Below, in pieces: positions 1-9,596 of a DNA stretch of 64,000 bases (positions within the stretch are counted from its first letter, which is position 1; every line of letters starts with the position of its first letter). The translations under genes were made by a program, and so were the position numbers. The DNA is from Thermomicrobiales bacterium. Its GTDB lineage: Bacteria; Chloroflexota; Chloroflexia; Thermomicrobiales; UBA6265. The stretch lies in contig JAWKPJ010000001.1 of NCBI GenBank assembly GCA_041390745.1, positions 515,387-579,386 of the forward strand, written 5' to 3'. Below the pieces are notes generated by a model. The model was not told the origin of the DNA. It was given only the letters and a program-made list of their open reading frames with translations, and did not search any database.

Positions 1-495
1 CCGCGCGGCTCCACCGCGCCTGACGCCGTGACGCCGCCCCGCAAGGTCGCGGTAGTCTCCCAGACCACCAAGAACGTGGATGAGTTGATGGCGTTCGCGC
101 AGGAGCTGCAGGCTATGGTGATGCCGGAGGGCGGCGAGTTCCGCCTCTGCAACACGATCTGCGAACCGACCTCCGAACGGCAACGCGCCCTGAAACGCCT
201 GGTAGAAGAGGATCACGTCGATCTCATCCTCGCCATTGGTGGGCGCAAGAGTTCCAACACGGCGCGGCTGGCGGAAGTGGGGCAGGCGATGGGCGTCACC
301 TCATTCCATATTGAACGGCCTGAGGAAATTACCGCCGAGTGGCTGGAGAACGTGACGACCGTTGGCGTTACCGCTGGCGCATCCACGCCGGACGATGTCA
401 TCGAGGCCGTCGTGGCGTACCTGGCCGAACGCGGCTACGCCCCACCGCCCGGCGGGATCCGCCCGGTTGACCCGGACTACGTACCAGCCTACTGA
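1..495 (+). CDS. ispH: 4-hydroxy-3-methylbut-2-enyl diphosphate reductase, C-terminal part (5' end upstream of window)
   Basis: The frame is open from base 1. The translation ...KVAVVSQTTKNVDEL...NTICEPTSERQ...AIGGRKSSNTARLAEV...VGVTAGASTPD matches the conserved C-terminal half of IspH/LytB. Stop TGA at 493-495. Confidence 0.9.
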   Translation, partial: PRGSTAPDAVTPPRKVAVVSQTTKNVDELMAFAQELQAMVMPEGGEFRLCNTICEPTSERQRALKRLVEEDHVDLILAIGGRKSSNTARLAEVGQAMGVTSFHIERPEEITAEWLENVTTVGVTAGASTPDDVIEAVVAYLAERGYAPPPGGIRPVDPDYVPAY

Positions 496-1257
496 GCGGC
501 GTTGCCGCCTCCCGCGCCGCGTGCTGACGACGAGCTCCACGGCGGGTTCTGGCCGCCGCGCATGTCAGGCGTGCGCGGCAGCGGTCCCACGCGCCTGAAT
601 GCGCCCAGTCGCTTTGAAATTGTGGCCACCGTCAGGGAAAGCCCCGCCGGGTAGTGGCGCCCGGGCGCTTCTGGCCTGACAGAACGTCGCGAGATCCTGG
701 GCAGCGCCCATATGGTCCGCCAGGCAGGAGACACGCGCGGGCGTCTTCGGCCCCACCACAAGCGGGGCGCCTGTCAGCCTCCCGGCGCATCCTGCCGCGC
801 GCACCCGGGCTTTGCTCACCAGGCCATTGCGCTGGGGACGGTCGCCCCGGGTGGCGGCGCTGGCCAAACGGGTTCCGATATGAGCGCCAGCGCGTGCTGT
901 CGGACAGCCGGCAACCTGGGCAACAGACCTCACTGCGGCGCCACCGGTTCGGTACGGCTGGCACGCCGTCCGGCGGGTATTGCCCGGCCTCAGGAGGGGC
1001 GCCATTGCTGCCGGCGAAGTGCCGTTCATCGTATACCCGCGCCCCCATGCAGAGGCTCCCGTTCGGCGCGGCGAGCCCCGGGTGACAGCGCCCCCACGGC
1101 GGGGGTCGCCAGTCGCTCCCGGCCGCTTCACGGATGCCCCCGCGAGCAATCGCCAAAGTCACATCTCCCATCACCTCATGTCCCGGAATGCACCCTGCCG
1201 GGTGCATTCAGGCTACACAGGCCAATAGCGAACGGCGTCGTGTGCCGAACACGCAAA

Positions 1258-1286
1258 TTGACATGCGCGTAAGGGTGGGATATTCT
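1258..1286 (+). promoter_or_regulatory. Candidate sigma70-type promoter for the liv operon (TTGACA-17 nt-TATTCT)
   Basis: TTGACA at 1258-1263, a 17-nt spacer and TATTCT at 1281-1286, about 150 nt upstream of the ATG at 1440. This is a sequence match only. Confidence 0.45.
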
Positions 1287-1439
1287 CCAACGCACGTTTC
1301 AAACAACGATCCCAGGTCGGGGTCAGGCAGCGCGTGGCCCGAGCGGTTGCCAGGAGTCGGGAGGATGCAACGCCGCATTCGCCCGCGTACTCGCGTGACA
1401 GGCGGAACGACCGCTGTGTGTGAGAGTGGAGGAACGTTC

Positions 1440-2802
1440 ATGGATCAGCGATACACCCGACTGGTAGAGCAGCTTCGCACGGGCGGGATCGACCGCCGCA
1501 ACTTCATCGTGCGCGCCTTCGCGCTTGGCATCAGCACCAGCGTCATCGGTTCCGCGCTGCGTGCCGGCAGCGCGGCCGCGCAGGATGCCTCGCCGACCGC
1601 CAACATGACGATCGGCAACCCGGACATCGAGCACATCACGACGACCGACAAGGGCGTGATCCGGCTGTACTCCTCCTGGCCGCTAACGGGCACGTACGAG
1701 TTGCTCGGTGGCGACGCGGTCGAGGCCATCAAGCTGGCGCTCTCCGACTACGGCAATGCTGCGGGTGGCTATGCCATCGAGTACCAACCGCTGGATGACG
1801 GCATCGCCGCCAACAACGGCGGGTGGGATCCGGGCGCGGAGTCTGCGAACGCCAACACGGTCATCGCTGACCCGGACGCCATGGTCTACATGGCGACCTA
1901 CAACTCCGGCGCCGCCAAGATTTCCATCCCGATCATGAACGAGGCCGGGATGGCCATGATCTCCTACGCCAACACCTACCCGGGCCTCAGCAAGCCTGGC
2001 TACGAAGAGGGTGAGCCGGACCAGTATTACCCGACCGGCAAGCGCAACTACATGCGCACCGTCCCGGCAGACGACATTCAGGGCGCGGCCGGCGCGAGTG
2101 GGCCATCGAGTCCAAGGGCGCCACCAAGGCCTACATCCTTCACGACCAGAGCCTCTACGGCAAGGGCGTGGCCCAGGTCTTCAACGACTCCTTCGCGGAA
2201 CTCGGCGGCGAGGTGCTCGGCTTCGAGGGCTACGACCCGAAGGCGCCGGACTACCAGGCCCTGATGACCAAGATCGCCGACGCCGCGCCCGATATCCTGT
2301 ATGTCGGCGCGACGGTCGATAACAACGCGCCGAAGCTCATGCTGGACTTCCGCTCTCTCATGCCGGCAGACCAGGTGACGTTCCTCGGCCCGGACGGCCT
2401 GGTGAACCAGGCCTTCATCGATGGAGCCGGGGACGCTGCCAAGGGCGCATTCGTGACCTTCGCCGGCCTCCCGCCATCCGCCCTCAAGGAGATGGGTGGC
2501 CCGGGCGGCGACTACGTAGCGCGCATGGAGGAAATTGTCGGGCACTCCCCGGACTCGTACGCGACCTACGCCTACGAAACCGCTGTGGCCGTGCTGCAGG
2601 CGATCGACAAGGCAGGCGCCAAGGATCGTGCCGCAATCCTGGACGCGCTGATGAGCACCGAGAACTTCCACAGCCTTCTCGGCGGCACGTGGTCCTTCAC
2701 GGAGACCGGCGATACGGATTCGCTGGTGATGTCCGTGAACGAAATCGCGCCGAACGATAGCGGTGCGCTGGAGATCACCTTCCTCGAGCCCATCGGGCGT
2801 AA
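1440..2802 (+). pseudogene. livJ: Branched-chain amino-acid ABC transporter substrate-binding protein (LivJ/LivK family, Tat-type signal) with an interrupted reading frame
   Basis: GGAGGA RBS lies before ATG 1440. Frame 0 reads MDQRYTRLVEQLRTGGIDRRNFIVRAFALG...RTVPADDIQGAAGA and then turns to junk. Frame 2 continues EWAIESKGATKAYILHDQSLYGKGVAQVFNDSF...SVNEIAPNDSGALEITFLEPIG. The join implies a 1-nt loss next to G2096. Frame 2 has no stop until 3172, which would overlap livH. A 1-nt loss in the GGG run at 2795-2797 would end the protein at TAA 2800-2802, so the 3' end is uncertain. Confidence 0.8.
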
Positions 2803-2823
2803 CGCACGCGGTCGTCAACAGTT

Positions 2824-2856
2824 CGAGCGGGTCTGGGATTCTCCCGGACCCGCTCG
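2824..2856 (+). other. Intercistronic stem-loop between the binding-protein gene and livH
   Basis: CGAGCGGGTC (2824-2833) pairs perfectly with GACCCGCTCG (2847-2856), with an inner GGGA/TCCC extension. No U-tract follows. Confidence 0.6.
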
Positions 2857-2912
2857 CGTTACCCGGTCTGTGGGAGTCCTCCGGGGCCATCCGACGCCGA
2901 CCTTGAGGCGGC

Positions 2913-3887
2913 ATGGATTTCAACTGGACCCTGTTCACCCAATACCTGATCCTGGGCGTTACGAACGGCGCACTGATCGCCCTGATTGCTCTCGGGTACA
3001 CCCTGGTCTACGGGATCGTGGAGCTCATCAACTTCGCACACGGCGAAGTCTTCATGATGGGCGCGCTTTTCACGGTGACCGTCGTTGGCGCGATGGGAAT
3101 CGCCAACGGCGCGGGTTGGGGACAGATCGCTCTCGTTTCCGCGGTGGCCATGCTGGCCGCTATGGTTTTTAGTGGGGCGCTCAACTGGGGCATTGACAAA
3201 CTCGTGTACCAACGGCTGCGTACGGCGCCGAGACTGGCGCCGCTGATCGCAGCTATCGGAGTGAGCTTTATCCTGCAAGGCATCGGTATCTACTGGAAGG
3301 GCTCGGCCAATATCCTGCCCCCACCCTTGATTCCGACCGATGTACGCTCCCTGAATATCCTCACGGAATGGTTCGGCCTTGATACGCGTATCCGCTTCCG
3401 GGCACTCGATCTGGCGGTGATCCTGCTCACCATTCCCCTGCTCGCCGGGCTTTCCTGGCTGATCTATCGCACCCGCACCGGCAAGGCGATGCGCGCCGTA
3501 GCCCAGGATCGCGGCGCGGCAGCCCTGATGGGCATCGATGTCAACCGCACGATTGCCACCGCATTCCTCATTGGTGGTGTCCTGGCTGGCGCGGCGGGTT
3601 TCATCATCACGTACTACACCAACAGCGCCCGCTTCCAGATGGGCTTCCGCTACGGGCTCTTCGCCTTTACGGCCGCCGTCCTTGGCGGCATCGGCAACCT
3701 CAACGGCGCAGTTCTGGGCGGCCTCATCATTGGACTCGTCTGGCAATTCAGCGACGGTTTTCTGCAACAGTACATTCCCTGGTGGGGCGCGCAGTGGACT
3801 CCGGCCATGATCTTCGGGGTGCTGGTCCTGGTGATGGTCTTCAAGCCCTCGGGCTTGTTGGGCGAATCCGTGCCTGAAAAGGTCTAG
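2913..3887 (+). CDS. livH: Branched-chain amino-acid ABC transporter permease (LivH type)
   Basis: MDFNWTLFTQYLILGVTNGALIALIALGYTLVYGIVELINFAHGEVFMMGA is a typical LivH N-terminus. The protein is polytopic, and a GAGG RBS lies 6 nt upstream. Confidence 0.9.
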   Translation: MDFNWTLFTQYLILGVTNGALIALIALGYTLVYGIVELINFAHGEVFMMGALFTVTVVGAMGIANGAGWGQIALVSAVAMLAAMVFSGALNWGIDKLVYQRLRTAPRLAPLIAAIGVSFILQGIGIYWKGSANILPPPLIPTDVRSLNILTEWFGLDTRIRFRALDLAVILLTIPLLAGLSWLIYRTRTGKAMRAVAQDRGAAALMGIDVNRTIATAFLIGGVLAGAAGFIITYYTNSARFQMGFRYGLFAFTAAVLGGIGNLNGAVLGGLIIGLVWQFSDGFLQQYIPWWGAQWTPAMIFGVLVLVMVFKPSGLLGESVPEKV

Positions 3888-5090
3888 GTGGCAACCATGG
3901 CAACTCCCACGGCGGCCGCCCGCCCGGGCACGACCCCCTCGCGTTCACCGCGAGACATCGCGACGTTCGCGCTCATCCTCGCGCTGCTCGTCCTGTACCC
4001 GTTCATCGACCAGGCGCTCGGCCTGCGCCTGATGGGCGCCCTGTTGCCAATTGGCATCTACGCCCTGCTGGCAATGGGCCTCAACATCGTGGTCGGCTAC
4101 GCGGGCTTGCTGGACCTCGGGTACGCGGCGTTCTTCGCCATTGGCGCGTACACCATCGGGTTTCTCACCTCCCCCGGTTCGGTCATGGTCCGCAACGGCT
4201 GGATCCCTCCCTTCTTCCAGAACTTCTGGCCGGCGCTGGTCGTCTCCTTTATCGTCGCCGCCATTTTTGGCGTGTTGCTCGGGGCGCCAACCCTCCGCCT
4301 GCGCGGGGACTACCTGGCCATCGTGACCCTCGGCTTCGGCGAAATCGTGCCGAACTTTTTCCTGAACGCCACGCCGCTGACCAACGGTACGGCCGGCATG
4401 AACCCGATCGCCAAGCCCCCGTCTCTGGGGCCGCTCAACTTCGGGCAGACCGACCAGCGCAACTGGTACTGGCTCATCCTGGCGGTTGGCCTCTTTTCGC
4501 TCTTCCTGATCATTCGCCTGTATGACTCACGGCTCGGCCGCTCCTGGCAGGCAATCCGTGAAGACGAACTCGCTGCCTCAGCCATGGGCATCAACCTCGT
4601 CCGCACCAAGCTGTGGGCCTTCGCCCTGGGAGCATCCTTCTCCGGATTCGCGGGTTCACTCTTTTCGTCGGCGTTCCAGTATGTTCACCCCAGCCAGTTC
4701 GAGTTCACGCTTTCCATCATGATCCTCTCCGCCGTCATTCTCGGCGGCATTGGCAATGTCTACGGCGCCATCTTCGGCGCGTTCCTCATTGGCTCGTTTG
4801 ACCGCATCCTGGCGGATCGCCTGACAGGCCCGTTGAACGCGTTCGGAGAGCAGATTGGCAATGACTGGCTGGCGAACCACAACGTCGGTGAAGACCGGTA
4901 TCTCGTCTTTGGCCTCGCCCTGGTGCTCATGATGGTGCTGCGGCCCGGCGGCCTCTTCCCAAGCCGGCAACGCGCCGCCGAAATGCAGCCGGAAGACGAA
5001 GATATCTCCATCCAGGAACAGCAGGATAGCTACGACATCCGTACCCACAGTGACCCAACGCCCGACGAGCAGGGAGGCAAGGTACAGTGA
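3888..5090 (+). CDS. livM: Branched-chain amino-acid ABC transporter permease (LivM type)
   Basis: The GTG start directly follows the livH stop. The motif GYAGLLDLGYAAFFAIGAYT is present, and the protein is a polytopic membrane protein with a charged C-terminal tail. Confidence 0.9.
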   Translation: MATMATPTAAARPGTTPSRSPRDIATFALILALLVLYPFIDQALGLRLMGALLPIGIYALLAMGLNIVVGYAGLLDLGYAAFFAIGAYTIGFLTSPGSVMVRNGWIPPFFQNFWPALVVSFIVAAIFGVLLGAPTLRLRGDYLAIVTLGFGEIVPNFFLNATPLTNGTAGMNPIAKPPSLGPLNFGQTDQRNWYWLILAVGLFSLFLIIRLYDSRLGRSWQAIREDELAASAMGINLVRTKLWAFALGASFSGFAGSLFSSAFQYVHPSQFEFTLSIMILSAVILGGIGNVYGAIFGAFLIGSFDRILADRLTGPLNAFGEQIGNDWLANHNVGEDRYLVFGLALVLMMVLRPGGLFPSRQRAAEMQPEDEDISIQEQQDSYDIRTHSDPTPDEQGGKVQ

Positions 5091-5995
5091 GTGCCGCGCC
5101 AGCACACGACGCCATGACGGACGAGATGCTCAGCATCAGCGGGCTGACCAAGCGATTCGGCGGCCTGGTGGCGGTTGACAGCGTCGATCTCTCCGTGCCA
5201 CGAGGCGCTATCGCCGGACTTATCGGCCCGAACGGCGCCGGCAAAACCACGGTCTTCAACATGATCGCGGGGATCTACCGCCCCACCGAAGGGCAGATCA
5301 GTTTCGGGGATCAAACCATCTTCTCCGATGGTTCCCACGGCACCCGCTCGACGTGGCTGCGGCCTGACCAGGTCACGGCCCGCGGCATCGCCCGCACGTT
5401 CCAGAACATTCGCCTTTTCGCCAACATGTCCGCGCTGGACAACGTACTCATCGGCATGCACTGCCGGCTGCACTCGTCGCCGCTGGGTGCAGTGCTCCGC
5501 CTTCCCTCCGTGAAGCGTGAGGAAGCAGCGGCGCACCAGCGCGCACGCGAACTGTTGGAGTACGTGGGGCTGCGTGGCCAGGGGCCGGTGACCGCCAAAA
5601 ACCTCGCCTACGGTGACCAGCGCCGCCTGGAAATTGCCCGGGCGCTGGCCAGCGAGCCGAAGCTCCTGCTGCTGGATGAGCCAACGGCGGGCATGAACCC
5701 GAACGAGACAGCGCAATTGACCCGCTTCATTGACCGCATGCGCCGGGAACTGGATCTCACGGTCCTGCTGATTGAACACGATATGAAGGTGGTGATGGGT
5801 ATTTCCGACCAGGTGGCGGTGCTGGATCACGGGGTAAAGATTGCCGACGGTACGCCGCGCGAAATCCAGCGAAACCCGAAGGTGATCGAGGCCTACCTCG
5901 GCACCGGCGCCAGCGAATCGCTCGAGACGGCGGTGGAAGGCACGCAGCCAGCCGGCGGCGCGATCTCTGCGTCGCAAAGCCAGGGAGCACGGTAG
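5087..5995 (+). CDS. livG: Branched-chain amino-acid ABC transporter ATP-binding protein (LivG type)
   Basis: GTGA start/stop overlap with livM. Walker A GPNGAGKTT, signature YGDQRRLEIARAL and Walker B LLLLDEP are present. Confidence 0.92.
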   Translation: MSAAPAHDAMTDEMLSISGLTKRFGGLVAVDSVDLSVPRGAIAGLIGPNGAGKTTVFNMIAGIYRPTEGQISFGDQTIFSDGSHGTRSTWLRPDQVTARGIARTFQNIRLFANMSALDNVLIGMHCRLHSSPLGAVLRLPSVKREEAAAHQRARELLEYVGLRGQGPVTAKNLAYGDQRRLEIARALASEPKLLLLDEPTAGMNPNETAQLTRFIDRMRRELDLTVLLIEHDMKVVMGISDQVAVLDHGVKIADGTPREIQRNPKVIEAYLGTGASESLETAVEGTQPAGGAISASQSQGAR

Positions 5996-5999
5996 ACCC

Positions 6000-6707
6000 A
6001 TGGCGATGCTGGAAGTCAACGACATCCACACCTACTACGGCAACATCCAGGCGCTGAAAGGCGTTTCCCTGACCGTCGAGCAGGGTGAGATCGTCACCCT
6101 CATCGGCTCCAATGGCGCAGGCAAGACCACCACCCTACATTCAATTTCCGGGCTGATCCGGCCACGCAGCGGGGACATCAAGCTCTCCGGCAAGGTCATC
6201 AGCGACAAGCCGGCGCACGTGGTGGCTGGCCTGGGAGTCGCGCACTCTCCAGAAGGCCGCCGCATCTTCAACCGTATGACCGTTATGGAGAACCTGGACC
6301 TCGGAGCCTACACGCACGGGAAGCCAGACCAGGCGGATTTGGCCCGAGTCTTTTCGCTGTTCCCCCGGCTGGAGGAACGCAAGAGCCAGATAGCAGGCAC
6401 GATGTCTGGCGGCGAGCAGCAAATGCTGGCTATCGGCCGCGCCCTGATGGCCCGGCCCTCGGTGCTTCTGCTCGACGAGCCGTCGCTTGGCCTCGCCCCG
6501 ATTCTGGTGGACACCATCTTCCAGATTATCGTGGACATCAACGCTCAGGGAATCCCGGTGCTGCTGGTCGAGCAGAATGCGCTCAAGGCGCTGGCCATTG
6601 CGCACCGCGGCTACGTCATCCAGACCGGCAAGATCGTGCTTGCCGGCACCGGCAAGGATCTGCTCGGCAACGATATGGTGCGCAAGGCCTACCTGGGCGA
6701 GGATTAG
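6000..6707 (+). CDS. livF: Branched-chain amino-acid ABC transporter ATP-binding protein (LivF type)
   Basis: Walker A GSNGAGKTT, signature SGGEQQMLAIGRAL and Walker B LLLDEPSLGLAP are present. Confidence 0.92.
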   Translation: MAMLEVNDIHTYYGNIQALKGVSLTVEQGEIVTLIGSNGAGKTTTLHSISGLIRPRSGDIKLSGKVISDKPAHVVAGLGVAHSPEGRRIFNRMTVMENLDLGAYTHGKPDQADLARVFSLFPRLEERKSQIAGTMSGGEQQMLAIGRALMARPSVLLLDEPSLGLAPILVDTIFQIIVDINAQGIPVLLVEQNALKALAIAHRGYVIQTGKIVLAGTGKDLLGNDMVRKAYLGED

Positions 6708-6719
6708 CGGCCTGCTGAT

Positions 6720-6761
6720 AACGAGCCGGTCTTTCGCAGGCAAGCGAAAGACCGGCTCGTT
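6720..6761 (+). terminator. Stem-loop terminator after livF
   Basis: An 18-bp perfect stem (AACGAGCCGGTCTTTCGC / GCGAAAGACCGGCTCGTT) with a 6-nt loop starts 13 nt after the stop. The T-tract is weak (TGAATCTT). Confidence 0.7.
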
Positions 6762-6980
6762 GAATCTTGCGTACGCCTCTCGTGCCTGCATCCGGCAATG
6801 GCAGATTCAGATTCACACCTCGGCAAGAGTTTGCGGATGCAGGAGATTGCTGGCCGCGATCACGCGCCCGGCCACCGGAGCGCGCTGCGCTTTGACGGAC
6901 GCATCCCCAGCGAGCATCAGATCGCAATCAGGATGCGGCCGACCCACAGCCGACAACTTCAGAGACGTTGAGGACTATCC

Positions 6981-7787
6981 ATGATGCACGTCCCGGGGGA
7001 GCCTGGAGGCGCCAACGATGGCAGCAGTACGTCACGGCCCCGCCCCATCCTGCTTACTGGCGCGGCTGGCCGCATCGGCGCCGCCTTCCGGCTCGCACAC
7101 GGGCGGGAGTACCGCTTCCGTCTGGCCGACCTGGACACCGGCTCCCTCGCCGGCACTCCCGGCGAGGGCCACGAGGTTCTCGATCTTGATGTCGCAGACG
7201 CCGCTGCCTGCCACGCCGCCTGCGCCGGCATCGACACCGTCGTCCATCTGGCGGCCGATCCCCGGCCCGATGCCCCCTGGGATTCGCTCCTGGCGAACAA
7301 CATTCAGGGCGCGGTCAACATCTGTGAAGCAGCCCTGGCGGCCGGTTGCCAGCGCGTGGTCTTCGCCAGTAGCGCCCACGCCGTTGGCGCATACCCACCT
7401 GATCTGGAACTGGCCGACGATGCCGCGCCCCGGCCCGGCAATCTCTATGGCGCCAGCAAGGCGTTCGGCGAGGGCGTCCTGTCAGCATGTGCCGTGCGCG
7501 GGCTCTCCGGAGTCGCCATCCGCATCGGCGCGTACGATGCGCCCTGGTACTACGAGGACACCGACGCCAACGTCGCAGCGGCGTACATCAGCCCGCGTGA
7601 CATGAACCAGCTCCTGCTGCGAGCCATCGAGACGCCCGGCATCTCCTACGCCGTCGTCGCCGGCATCTCGCGCAACCGGCGGCGGCGCTTCGACTTGCGC
7701 CTCACCCACGCGCTGCTCGGTTACACCCCGCAGGACGACGGTTTCCAGGCGCGAGAGGAGCACGCCGCCCGCGCGGGCGCGGGCTGA
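6981..7787 (+). CDS. NAD-dependent epimerase/dehydratase family protein (extended SDR)
   Basis: The Rossmann motif ILLTGAAGRIG and the catalytic YGASK are present, and the length is typical. The start codon is uncertain. Confidence 0.75.
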   Translation: MMHVPGEPGGANDGSSTSRPRPILLTGAAGRIGAAFRLAHGREYRFRLADLDTGSLAGTPGEGHEVLDLDVADAAACHAACAGIDTVVHLAADPRPDAPWDSLLANNIQGAVNICEAALAAGCQRVVFASSAHAVGAYPPDLELADDAAPRPGNLYGASKAFGEGVLSACAVRGLSGVAIRIGAYDAPWYYEDTDANVAAAYISPRDMNQLLLRAIETPGISYAVVAGISRNRRRRFDLRLTHALLGYTPQDDGFQAREEHAARAGAG

Positions 7788-7804
7788 CGGGCTCCCCTGC
7801 TGAT

Positions 7805-8467
7805 TCAGGCCTGGGCGTCGTCCTCGCACGGCACATTGACGTAGCCGCTCTTGAATGGATGCACCTTGCCCTCGTCCGGCTCGAACCGGTGCCGCCAAAT
7901 GCAGCCGTTGTCGATGCCGAGCAAGTGCAGCGAGACCGAGGTGACATCTGAGGTGGTGCGTACCCGGTGAATATCGGTTTCGGGCAGCAATTCATAGAAG
8001 TCTCCGGGCTTCAGCGCCCGGCTCTCCATAATTGTCAGGTTCGCCTCGTCTTCGACCTCGCCGTGATCGTGACGCGCAAAGACATCCTCATCTTGGTTGC
8101 CTCGGTACAGGCCCACCAGCCCCCAGGCCAGGTGGTCATGCACCGGCGTTTGCGCGCCCGGCGGCACCACCAGCGCCGAGAGCGCCAGGCTGCCATCTGT
8201 CGTTCGGTAGAGCAGCCAGGAGCCAATGCCGCTGCCCATGCCCCCGTCTGGAGACGGCTCCTGGTATTTCTCCGGGAGCCACGTCTTGTCCGCCAGCAAC
8301 TCCGCGAAATGCGGGCGAATCGCCGCGATCACGGCGCGCGGCTCGTCGCCACTCGCCTGGATTTCGCGCACCTTCGTGATGAAGGCGCGCAGCGTCGCAT
8401 TGTCGACGACGTACTCGTCCTGAGTCCCAACCACGTCAGCCACGGCGACTCCCATCATGATCGACAA
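7805..8467 (-). CDS. Cupin-fold protein, cysteine dioxygenase type I-like
   Basis: The His-containing cupin motifs PPGAQTPVHDHLAWGLVGLY and DIHRVRT resemble bacterial CDO / 3-mercaptopropionate dioxygenase homologues. This was judged by eye. Confidence 0.6.
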   Translation of the reverse strand: MSIMMGVAVADVVGTQDEYVVDNATLRAFITKVREIQASGDEPRAVIAAIRPHFAELLADKTWLPEKYQEPSPDGGMGSGIGSWLLYRTTDGSLALSALVVPPGAQTPVHDHLAWGLVGLYRGNQDEDVFARHDHGEVEDEANLTIMESRALKPGDFYELLPETDIHRVRTTSDVTSVSLHLLGIDNGCIWRHRFEPDEGKVHPFKSGYVNVPCEDDAQA

Positions 8468-8560
8468 CTCCCGTTACCCGTGGCGCAGCGTAACATCTCC
8501 GCGCCGCTGGCGGTATCCTGAGGCAACGACGTGCGACCCATCGTACCGGGAGGATGACCG

Positions 8561-9578
8561 ATGACCGAGGCGCCATCACGCTACGGCGTGCCCCATCTGA
8601 ACCCGCCCAGCGTCGTCAAGCGCGCGGGCTGGCAGGACAGCGAAGAATTGCGGGTCAATAACTGGCTCACCCCGTGGGACGGCGAAGAAGCGCTGGACGC
8701 GGGGTTTCTCGGCCTCCCCTATTCGGGCGCATCCATCAACCCCTCGGCGGCGTACGGCGGACCGGAAGCGCTTCGCCTCGCCTTTCGCTACAACACCACG
8801 TACTCGCCAGACTGGGACACCGATATCCGTGGCCTGCGCGCGCGGGACCTGGGGGATGTCGCCGGGCACCTGACGGACGTCGCGGCGGCGCACGCGGGGA
8901 TCGAGGCGGCCGTGAGCGGCATCTGTACGCTCGAGCCGGCAATGCCGATCATGATCGGCGGAATCCTGCCTCCGTTACTGCGCCGGCTATCCGCGGCTTC
9001 TGCGCGGCGGGCAACAGGAAGATTCGGCGTCATCAACATCGATGCCCACCTCGATGTGCATAACTTCGAACATGGCCCCACAACGGGACGCCGTTTCGCG
9101 CCATCCTGACCGGCAATCTGCCGATTGACCCGGAGAACACCGTGCAGAATGGGCATCCACGGCTTCATGAATGCCGCCAGCTACGTGCAGTGAACACGCG
9201 CAAGCAAAGGGCGCCACGGTCATCCAGTGGACGAGAAGTCGCCTGGCGGGGCATGGAAGCGTGCGTTGGGAAGCGCTGCACGGACCGCCGGCGCAGGCAC
9301 AGACCTCATCTACCTGAGTGTCGATATCGACTGCCTGGCCTACCCGTGGGCCGCCGGTACCGCGCACGGCCTCGCCGGAGGGGCTCAGTGCCTGGGAGCT
9401 GGAAGCCGGTCTGCGCCCTGCGGCCTGGTTGGACTCACGGGTCGCGGCCATGGACCTCGTCGAGATCGACCCCAGCCGTGACGTCAAGGACCTCACCAGC
9501 CGCACGGGCGCCAGCGTCGTGCTCACCTTCATGGCCGGCCTCTACCGCCGGCTCTACGGCAACCGGGGCTACGTGTAG
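8561..9578 (+). pseudogene. Arginase-family ureohydrolase (agmatinase/formiminoglutamase-like) with multiple frame changes
   Basis: Family motifs are spread over three frames. They are ...PIMIGG (frame 2), NPASVTAPAIRGFCAAGN (frame 1), GVINIDAHLDVHNFEHGP (frame 2), NGTPFRAILTGNLPIDPENTVQNG, IHGFMNAASYVQ, DLIYLSVDIDCL and PEGLSAWELEAGL...AAMDLVEIDPSRDVKDLTSRTGASVVLTFMAGLYRRL (ending 9578). At least 5 shifts and one in-path TGA (9191-9193) are present. Confidence 0.8.
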
Positions 9579-9596
9579 CACGTCAGGACAGGGAAG

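Noticed and set aside
2168-3172. An ORF-track entry suggesting that a 334-aa protein extends through the livH start.
   Set aside because: Only its first 210 codons or so are the C-terminal half of the LivJ-like protein. The remainder overlaps a hairpin, the livH RBS and livH itself, and reads as junk. It is interpreted as a lost stop or frameshift.
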